DNA of 64,000 nucleotides from Pavona decussata (Eukaryota): NCBI GenBank assembly GCA_977016875.1, contig CDRNST010000080.1, positions 310,001 to 374,000 of the forward strand, read 5' to 3'. Shown piece by piece: positions 12,901 to 21,758 of this stretch (position 1 is its first letter; each line of letters starts with the position of its first letter). The notes under the pieces were generated by a model. It saw only the letters and a program-made list of their open reading frames with translations, ran no database searches and was not told where the DNA came from. The position numbers and the translations under genes were made by a program.

Positions 12901-15900
12901 AGTGAATTTAGAAACTTGCATGTTCCTATTTTACTATTACAAGTTGTGTATGTCTATTCATCTATCCTCTAGGACAACCAGTTTCCACAACAGCACCAAG
13001 CGTGAGTCCAACATCTCAACAAGGTATAAAAATAATTAAATTGTTTAAGCATATATACTCCATTTATATTCTCGAAATCCGCACTCACTTGTTGGTTCAA
13101 GCGTTTGAAATTTTGCATAACTGCACCCAATATGAAAGAGAAATTTCCGTCAACATAAGTGAAATTTGCTTGACACGCCATCTTTATTTTTTAACGGTCT
13201 GTTCAGGGATTTTTTTTAAATGAGCATTCTATAAAAACTGTTCAACTGTATTTTTTGTATATCTGTTGTGGTAATTAATGTAATTTATGTTCCTTTCGAT
13301 GAAGTATCTTGTTAGGAGGAATCTATTAAATTTATGGCGGCTAGGAGAATCTGATACTAGATTATTCTGACCTTTTGGGTGAACATTTAGCTTTGCCAAA
13401 CAAGGATCGAAAAATAGTTGAACGATCCCCTAACACTAATAAAAATAGCAGCTACAGGCTACAAAGACCAATGAAAATAGACTAGTAGAAGAGGCGCTGT
13501 TCTAATGCACATCTTTAGTTACCGTTTTTGTTAGCTTCAGAATGTTCCCACTACACTAATCTCGAGGACAGCGGCAGAGCATCGACCAGCAGACGAAGAG
13601 AACAATCCCAGTGTGATGATGTATTAACTCCAGGATGGTACAGATTCCAAGGGGATGCTGGCAATCAAATGGCTACCACTTGCGTAGATATAAACCACTG
13701 CGGTACAAATGCGCCAGGCTGGATGAAGGGTGATCACCCTACAGTGGCTCAGAGTGCTTTCAATGTTCAAGTGTGTTTTCATTGGGCAGAGAATTGTTGT
13801 CATTGGTATTTAAACATCCGTGTCCGTAACTGCAGTGGTTACTACGTGTATGAATTGAAGAAACCTCCCAGATGTCGTTTGCGTTATTGCGGAAATGGAG
13901 AAACATCAGGTAGAGAGAAGGAGAAATAAATTAAAGATCTGTTAAGGAGTTCTTGAAACATTGAAGCCCAATGTCCCTTAAAGATAAAGTCAATTGTATT
14001 ATTACACAAAAAACAAATCTTTCTTGGTTCTTAAAATTGTTATTACTTTCAACAGGGAAGCATGAAAGTATTGGTGATGAGCCCAAATTTTCGTTTAGTT
14101 TGTGACCTTTGTTTCCCAAAAGATCTGCTAAATTGAATTTCGATAGCTTTTTTCCTAGTCAGTGCGTGCCTATGTAGGCGAGGGAAATAAAAATAATTAA
14201 AGGTTTGGAATTAAAGAAAGTAAACTTGATGCAGTGTAGTAGCGAGTATAGGTGACTCTTAATTAAATTTAAGTTGGCCGGGTATAGATTGACTGATATA
14301 ACATATTTCAATTGAATCAACAAGTCTCATTTTTACGAAGTCAGTTAACGTCAGTTTAGCGACGCTAAAGTTTCTACGTTTCGATCTTTTAATTTCAGTT
14401 GCAAACACCACACTAGTGCCAAACGCCACAACTACAGGTAAATAGACTCTTGAGCGCTAGCTTGTAAAGCTGAGTATCAACATTCTCCAGTCATATGACA
14501 ATTGTTTATTTCACACTTCTCTCTTTCTTGATGCTCTGGTTGTGGTACTACCTTGTAATGTAGTCAGCCCCTTGTGATTTCCGTCCTTAATTTTTCCTTT
14601 CCCAGTTTCACATGCATAACAGCTCTGTTTTTTTTTTCAGTTGTAATTTTGTCCGGGTGTCAAAGTTACGGGGAAGCCCTTCCCTTCTTCTCTTATTTTG
14701 CAGCAAGCACGTTTTGTAACACCTCTTTTGGCTAGTGTTAACGTCAATGTATATTAGAGAAGAATTCGATAAATTTGGATGTCTAACTTGACTGGCGAAA
14801 ACAAACAGATGTATTGGTGTTTTATAATAAAGGAGAAATTAATTTTTAAAGTCACAAAAGAAGGAAAAAAAAAACATCTTGGGTCACAAAGAAACTTTAG
14901 TTCAGCTGTCTCAGTTCTCTCAATAATAATCCGCGTTGCTAGCGGTGTTGCTCGTGTTCCAATATTAAATTTTTGAGGCGTAAACCGCTACCGCTACGCC
15001 GCGAGAAGATCGGCTCTTCCCCATTCCTCTCGCGTCTTCGCTGCTCGGCTTCACAACCCAATTCGCCCTCATCCAACATCACGCCAGCTACGCAGGCTAT
15101 TCAATAGCTTTGCATTTCACCCACTAACTAAGCTGTGAACCTGCTAAGAAGTTAATTTTAAATACACAAACTTTCATGGTATACATTTAACTGTGAGTAA
15201 AAGTACTAAAAGATCAAGCAAGTTACATAGTTCTTTTTATAGGCCTTATCACGGTTTTCGACGCCATTTTGACGAGTAGGCAAACAGGCTCGAAATATAA
15301 GTGTTTGTATGGAAATCAGATGTCAAATAATTTTCATAAAACATCTTTTCTGAAAAATTCATGAGTTGGAAACTTTTGGCACTAGAAAAAGGATTTTAAG
15401 AAAAAATTTTGGAGGAATGTAGCTGTGCCAGAAAGCGTCCAGTCGTGTTTTGAACTTTCCATACATTTCCCTGTATTTTTTTCCCGCGAGCTATTTTTAA
15501 AGCAGTTCACGGCTGGTTCGCTAACAGGCAAATGTATGGAAAGTTCAAAACACGACTGGACGCTTTCTGGCACAGCTATATCCCTCCAATTGTTTTCTTA
15601 AAATCCTTTTCCTATTGCCAAAAGGTTTCAATTTATGAATTTTTCAGAAGCGATGTTTTATGAAAATTATTTGACATCGGATTTCCATACAAACACTGTT
15701 ATTTCGAGCCTGTTTGCCTACTCGTCAAAATGGCGTCGAAAACCGTGATAAGGCCTATTGTATATAAGTTAATAATTTTTATGTTTCCAGCTCCATCGCC
15801 TCGCTGCGGTATTTCTTCTGTGGCATCGCGCGTCATTGGGGGAGTCAATTCTCAAGTTGGCCAGTGGCCATGGCAGGTACCACAAATATAAACATTTAGT

Positions 15901-18900
15901 TGTAATTCCAAGTTAAATTGCGGAAATACGACCATTGATTCCTTAAAGTTTCGCTTTAAGTTTTCGTTTGAAGTTCATAATTATTCTTATTGTATTGTTG
16001 CTCCAACTTTTTCGATAATACGAATATTGAGCTGTTCTTATTGCGGTGTGATTCCCTTAATGAGTTTGGTTCGCTTTTTCTTCGTTTTATTTTTGAACTG
16101 TTGATTCGAGCAGTTTCCAATTGAGTGTGGAAAGAAATTTCACTCAACCAATGAGAAAATAATTGAAATCAATAGTGACTTTCTTGCGCTCTTTTCCCGC
16201 GCTTGGCTCTGGTTCGGATGTAGTGGCTTCATGGTCTGATTTGCTCATTGCGCATGGTGGCTTTTGCGCACGGATTTCCCCGCGCTTGGCACCAGTTTGA
16301 GAAATGCATTTACTTCGAATACTGATTGGTTCAGTGCACTGCTTGCGAATGTTGTGATTGGCCAGAGTTACTTTGGTTTGGGTTTTAAGACACTCAATAG
16401 ACCAATTTCGATATATTAAAATTGGAACCTGGCCATGAGGCTTATTAGGGGAATAGAACAAGAAAAATTACATTGAGCCTCAGAGATGAATAATTAATTT
16501 TTTTTTGTTCGATTCCCTCAAGCCTCGTAGCCAAGTTAGAATTTTAAAATATCGAAATTGGGCTATTGAAAACCGCTCTATAAAAAATTATACACTTTTA
16601 TGATCACCTTTTGTTATGATTTTATTGTATCACAGATCGCTCTTCTCAAAGGATCCTCAAAGTCGTTCAGTTGTGGCGGATCTCTGATCGCTCCTGATTG
16701 GGTGGTTACAGCAGCGCATTGCATTTCGCCAGGACAGTATGTTAAATGCCGACTTTTGTGGGTGTAACTGCGTTTGTTGACCGGTGCAAGACCATTGCAG
16801 TTGTATATGCAACTTAAGCAGTTGCGAAAACAATATCTGAAAAAATCTAGGCTTCAACGGAATTCGAACACATGACCTCTGCGACACCGGTGCAGTGCTC
16901 TACCAACTGAGCTGTCCGCAAGCCAACTGGGAAATTGTCATTTTGTGAATTAGTAGTATTCATTGGGGGATGAATAAATGGCTGTATAAGTATATGAACT
17001 GAATTATATTTTATATATTTTCACTAGGTCTTCCTGACATCAGTAATATTGTGGGTATTTTTTGAAGGGCAGTACTTCAGCGCTCATTAAAGTACAGCAC
17101 ATAAATGACGTTACCAGTTGCATTACCGTGTAGCAAAACTGGCCTGCAATTTCCTTACTTGGTATTTTGCTCATGAACTACGCTCTCATTTTTTTAGGCC
17201 TGCAAATTTCTACACAATACGTCTTGGAGAATATAATCGGTACCTTATTGAGGGGTCTGAACAGGATATCCTGGGAAAACGAGTGATAACTCACCCGGAC
17301 TATAATAAACCCAGCTCTTTTAATAACGACATCGCCATGGTCCAGTTGGCTAGATCAGCCTCAATGGATAAAAAAGTTGGAATTGTTTGCCTTCCAAGTT
17401 CGGATGAACAAGTGTCATCTGCAGCAAAGTGCTATATTACAGGTTAAAAACCATTTTACGCTCCTTTTTGGGTAATATCTAAAAGGAGTATTTAATATCT
17501 CGGAAATCAGAAAACCGCCTTCGTACACGTATGTCTTCTCTTCTTTTACATGTTTTAAATAATTGTTGCCCTCATTTGGTCTCACTTAAAACATAATGGA
17601 GGTTGGCGCAAAAAAAAGGCTACTAAAATGTTAGGAAATACTTCTCGAAACGTTCCGTTCATTATCGAACGTGTTAGCAGAGTGTGTGCGCAGCTACCAC
17701 GAAAATTACCAAAAATAATGTGAAGTTTGTGATGGTCAACGGATGTTTAAAAAATGTTATGAAAGCCGAGGCACATCTAAAAGATATTTAATATCTAGCA
17801 GGAAGTAACAACTCTTTTGTTTTTAAAAACATCCGAGAAAGGAAAAAAGAAGGCTCAGTAGTATTGAACGTCCATTTGTAGCCATTTAAGACATGATGGT
17901 GAACAAACACGTTAGGAAATAAATAGCGCACATGACAGCAAAGAAGGGCACGTTGATCCCAAAATGTCTTGAAAGGTCGGTTTAGATATATTTTGGTGTT
18001 TAGTATTGCAATGACTTTTCTCAGTTTACTGATATTCCGGAATATTTCCCGTAGAAAGCACGCCCTTCGTTTCGTTTCAACCAATCCCCATTACGCCATT
18101 GTGTCGTTTCTCTTTACGCCGTGACAAGCTTTACTTTCAACCATTAAAGGCATTAATTTCTTCCCTTAAATTGGTCTGGTCAGTTTACTACAATAAAAGT
18201 CTTCCTTCTTTAGCCCATTGTGTCAGTGGTAGAGAGTTTTTGTCTGAGGGTATTCGCTCACTCGTTTTCTGTGTTTCCTTCTAGGGTGGGGCAAGATCAG
18301 CAATCAAGGATCTGCACACAGCATTCTGCAGCAGGCCGAGATTCCACCCGTTAGTAATGAAGAATGTGCCGCTAAGTTGGCTGAATCTCCAGGTAAGACT
18401 CTAAACTACTGTCTCGTTCTGCCTAGTGAAGCAAGTGAGTGACAGCGAAGAAACTAAACAAGATCGACGAGACGAGACAAAGGAAACAAGAAGGAGAAAA
18501 CCTCCTCCCGCTTGGTTCTCTCCCGGCGGGTAGCTGTTTTGCTCGTTCCAGTCTTTTGGGCTCCCTCCCTTGGTTATCTAGTCTGCAAAGAGTGTTTTTA
18601 GTGGATTCAGAAACTGAGTTGATAAGGTAATTTCGTCACTGTCAGTTCTGGAATTTCTATACAGTGGCCTAATTACCTATCGACTAAATTGATAAAACTA
18701 AATTTTCGTTTCCACCCCTCTCCAATGCAGCACCACAGTTTCTTTATTTACAACCCCTAGTCTTCAAGAGAGATAAAGAAAGTTGGATCTGTCAATATCT
18801 CTTCCGGTTTTTATTTTTATTTATTTTTTTATTTTTTATTTTTTTATTTTTTTATTTTTTTTTTATTGAGTGCTCAAACAAATTACAACACGCTTGTTAA

Positions 18901-19932
18901 GAAATGCTACTTGTTAAGGTTGATACTTTTTATAATACAGCGCTAAAAAAAAAAATACGAAACTACTTACAATGCGATATTACTAACAAAACGAAACGAT
19001 ACCTACGCTACTAAGAACAATACTAACACTACGATACAATACAATTACTTACAAATTAATGAATTTAATTTAGTTGCTTACAAATGGATAGTATATGCCT
19101 TTGCACAGCTAGACTCTAAACATTAATTGTTTAAAAAGTTGGACCATTTTTTATTAAAAGAGAGAAGTTTATTGGTCATAATCGCAATGTATTTTTTCTT
19201 CCGGTTGGCGAAGCTAGAGACCTTGCTGTTTGGCTTGCTTCAAAACTTACAATGTGCACTCACATAATACCTTTGCAATGTTGTCTAAGAAAAAAAAGGC
19301 ACAGAAACACTTATTCAGGCTCAATTATTGTAACCGTTTACCTGTGTAACTACTTAGCTGATCCAACAGTCTTATCTTAAAGCTGCCAACGTGTTCAAAA
19401 TGCATGTGCTTGCTTGGTGTGTTCCGTCCATGGGTCTGTCACAACACGTTGGTATTACGGGATTTCAATGGCTTCCTGTGAGGCGCGGTGATTTTAAGAT
19501 CATTTTGATTACTTTTATCATAATAAGATAAAATAAATTCCGTTTGGTGAACTTCTCTACTTTACAGTTTACAAATGCAATGAGTATTAGACATTCTACG
19601 TGCAGTTATTTTTCAACAGAACAAAATTAAATGTTCATACTCAGCTTATGAAGAAATTTGGCTGAATATTTTTGTGCCTTTTTTGTATCGCAGGTGGCCA
19701 CTTATTAAACATAACTTTCCAAATGCTGTGTGCAGGCAAACATGGTTCATTTGTCGGGGGTTGTCACGGAGACAGTGGAGGGCCTTACGTTTGCCAGAAA
19801 TCCGACAATCAATGGGTTCTTCAGGGAGTGGTGAGCTGGGGATCCCCAGCATGTTCTGCGCTCGACCGCTACACGGTATTTGCTCGTGTTGCAAAGTTTA
19901 GAAAGTGGATTGATTCCGTCATGAACTCGTAA
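2113..19932 (+). CDS. Gene A: secreted multi-protease, about 1004 aa (signal peptide - astacin - Pro/Thr linker - trypsin-like S1 - D8C/D10C - non-tryptic S1 protease)
   Basis: 21 GT-AG exons with compatible phases: 2113-2209, 2969-3130, 4261-4384, 5911-6002, 7041-7124, 7671-7807, 8237-8318, 9008-9073, 9530-9589, 10009-10053, 10197-10250, 11146-11344, 11878-12446, 12973-13023, 13535-13909, 14399-14437, 15791-15876, 16636-16736, 17198-17442, 18285-18392, 19694-19932. They sum to 3015 nt, with no internal stop and a TAA at the end. Joining all modules into one transcript is inferred from phases. Confidence 0.72.
2969..8318 (+). CDS. Gene A astacin (M12A) metalloprotease: prodomain plus catalytic domain, 6 exons
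   Basis: Prodomain LIEGDM, then LWPGG, TCIRF, GCWSYVG. The Zn motif [19 protein letters not shown] is split across 5911-6002 and 7041-7124. Met-turn YDYQSVMHY; C-terminal [20 protein letters not shown]. Confidence 0.93.
5242..5859. mobile_element. Non-autonomous DNA transposon with long TIRs and a second internal inverted repeat
   Basis: TIRs of about 120 bp (TAGACACATACCCAGTCGCTATTTACGTG... / ...CACGTAAATAGCGACTGGGTACGAGTCTG). Inner inverted repeat 5378-5449 / 5537-5608. Flanks CATAATCAG / CACAATCAG (9 bp, 1 mismatch). Confidence 0.75.
7917..8210. mobile_element. Degenerate short TIR repeat, same family as 16107-16579
   Basis: Ends AAGCGGTTTTTTATTGAGTGT / ACACACGATTGAAAATCGCTT; internal GATTGG motifs shared with 16107-16579. 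Confidence 0.5.
9008..10250 (+). CDS. Gene A Pro/Ser/Thr-rich linker: four phase 1-1 micro-exons (66, 60, 45, 54 nt)
   Basis: [21 protein letters not shown]; [19 protein letters not shown]; [14 protein letters not shown]; [17 protein letters not shown]. Each is bounded by AG and GTAAG/GTTAG, and each length is divisible by 3. Confidence 0.7.
9866..9907. repeat. (TTA)n microsatellite
   Basis: Seen directly in the sequence. Confidence 0.9.
11146..12446 (+). CDS. Gene A trypsin-like serine protease domain (exons 11146-11344, 11878-12446)
   Basis: CG...R|IVGG activation site; catalytic triad [21 protein letters not shown]; Asp189 present. Confidence 0.95.
13535..13909 (+). CDS. Gene A UMOD/GP2/OIT3-like D8C (D10C) cysteine-rich domain exon
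   Basis: [20 protein letters not shown]...[11 protein letters not shown]...VCFHW..NCCHW...[21 protein letters not shown]. Ten Cys in a phase 1-1 exon, flanked by Thr-rich micro-exons 12973-13023 and 14399-14437. Confidence 0.88.
15241..15756. mobile_element. Fold-back MITE, about 516 bp, flanked by AT
   Basis: Arms of about 235 bp (AGGCCTTATCACGGTTTTCGACGCCATTTTGACGAGTAGG... / ...CCTACTCGTCAAAATGGCGTCGAAAACCGTGATAAGGCCT) around a spacer of about 50 bp. Confidence 0.85.
15791..19932 (+). CDS. Gene A C-terminal chymotrypsin/elastase-like S1 protease domain, 5 exons
   Basis: CG...R|[26 protein letters not shown] (Gly at position 189), VSWG, RYTVF; stop at 19930-19932. Confidence 0.93.
16107..16579. 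mobile_element. TIR repeat with an AT-TSD MITE (16399-16564) nested in its right TIR
   Basis: Host left end GAGCAGTTTCCAATTGAGTGT. The right end ACACTCAAT|TGAAAACCGCTC is interrupted by AGACCAATTTCGATAT...ATATCGAAATTGGGCT, with AT duplicated. Confidence 0.7.
16806..16950 (-). mobile_element. tRNA-derived SINE-like repeat
   Basis: Minus strand AGCTCAGTTGGTAGAGCAC (A-box-like) ... GTGTTCGAATTCC (B-box-like); no complete cloverleaf. Confidence 0.55.
18810..19196 (-). mobile_element. 5'-truncated L1/Tx1-like LINE insertion with A-rich tail and 10-bp TSD
   Basis: Minus strand [24 protein letters not shown], then a 3'UTR and an A-rich tail (18810-18865). TCTTCCGGTT occurs at 18800-18809 and 19197-19206. 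Confidence 0.7.
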
Positions 19933-21758
19933 AAGTGAAATGAAGTCACAAGCCTGTTGAAAATATTGTAATCGTGCATCTTCTTTAGTATTTCTGATTA
20001 GCATGTTGATTGTTCGTAAAGCGCCTATAAGTTACGTTGCCTCAATGTAATAATTAAATCACAATTGTGTTCAAGAAGTGTGCAGTCCCATTATTTTCTC
20101 AACCGGTTTTAGTTTTCTTAATACTGAGTGAATTCAGTGACTTTTTCCAACAATTACATTCAAGACCCGTGCAAAGGAGACCAATTAACGTTTTATACAT
20201 GAATACAGGATGTTTATTACGTTCGACGTAAAAGGAACGTACTCCTAATACAACTTAAGTCTAGATTATATGGGACTATGAATGAAGGGATCTTGGGACT
20301 CGTATCTGGCATCCTCCGCAGATTTTGTAGGGCACCAACTTGGCAAGGGATTAAGAGCAGGGGATCGGGATCATCGAACATATAATCTTTGATTATTAGG
20401 TTTAGAATGAGAGTTACCGGACACGCTGTCTTTGAGGCAACCGAGTCGGCTACGTAACCGCTAAACAATAGACTCTTATTATTTTGGGAGGCAACCTCGT
20501 TATTACAAACAGAAAACAAGGATAACTAAGTACTAATTACTTACAAATGAATACCAAATTCGAGAAGCTACACTTGTGCAGAACCGAATGAAAATGAGAA
20601 AAAACGTTTGTTTTAGCTAATAATCGTTAGGTTTGGTACGTTTGAACGTGACCTTTCTAAGATTCCGGGAAGAATGATATATTTTGCTAAATACTGTATG
20701 CGACATCAAAAAAGAATGTCAATATTTGGATTTAGTGCCGCGAAAATTTCCCGTAATTCTGAGCCTTTTTTGTTCAAATTAGTAAAAAAGAAAAGGTATT
20801 TAATACGAAAACAATTTATGTGTTGTATAGAACACATGGATTTTATTGCAGGACATCATGGGGACCTTATTCAAATGCACGGCAACAATTGTCGCGCCAC
20901 ATTATCTCTAACATTTTTTCTGTGCCTCCCCCCTCTCGACCTCAATATGTTGCTAAACAGGGAAGGACAGGGAAGGGATTGTTCAATGACCTATTTGGTT
21001 GTTTCCATAACAAAAGCTAGCTTTTGTTTAAANNNNNNNNNNNNNNNNNNNNNNNNNNNNNNNNNNNNNNNNNNNNNNNNNNNNNNNNNNNNNNNNNNNN
21101 NNNNNNNNNNNNNNNNNNNNNNNNNNNNNNNNNNNNNNNNNNNNNNNNNNNNNNNNNNNNNNNNNNNNNNNNNNNNNNNNNNNNNNNNNNNNNNNNNNNN
21201 NNNNNNNNNNNNNNNNNNNNNNNNNNNNNNNNNNNNNNNNNNNNNNNNNNNNNNNNNNNNNNNNNNNNNNNNNNNNNNNNNNNNNNNNNNNNNNNNNNNN
21301 NNNNNNNNNNNNGACCGACCGACCGACCGACCGTCCGTCCCCTGACCGTCCCTTCGTTCGTTCGTTCATTTATTTATTCGTTCATTCTTCGTTCGTCCAT
21401 CTGTCCGTCCGTCCAGCCATCCATTGTTTGTTTGTTCATTCATGCATTCCTTTAAAGAATAAACTGCAAAGGACCGCAAAACGAAAAAGCTGCAAGCATA
21501 TGCAGGATCTGTAAAAGATCTATTTAGCCAAAAATAAATACAAGTAGCTCAAATAACCGCAAGGCTGATCTGACTGCGTACAAAACTTAACACGACAGTT
21601 CTTGGGCTACTGTTATTCTTCTAAAGACTGTCGCAAGAATTCAAATCTTCCCGTATTGGGATACATTTATTCTGAGGAGAGCAAGATAAAATTAACAAGA
21701 GTTTTCATGCCATAGATTTCCTTTATTCCACGCTTTATCAATTTTTATCACACAAATT

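Noticed and set aside
13002-13007. Strong-looking GTGAGT donor inside the linker exon
   Set aside because: It is phase 0 and would frameshift the D10C exon; the phase-1 donor at 13024 fits.
16840-16915. Possible tRNA gene (also near 46720-46785)
   Set aside because: Only A/B-box-like motifs, no convincing acceptor stem, and embedded in repeat-like flanks; treated as SINE-like.
20674-21455. Long ORFs spanning N runs (also near 31369-32230, 37145-37522, 49568-49971)
   Set aside because: Artefacts of translating assembly gaps.
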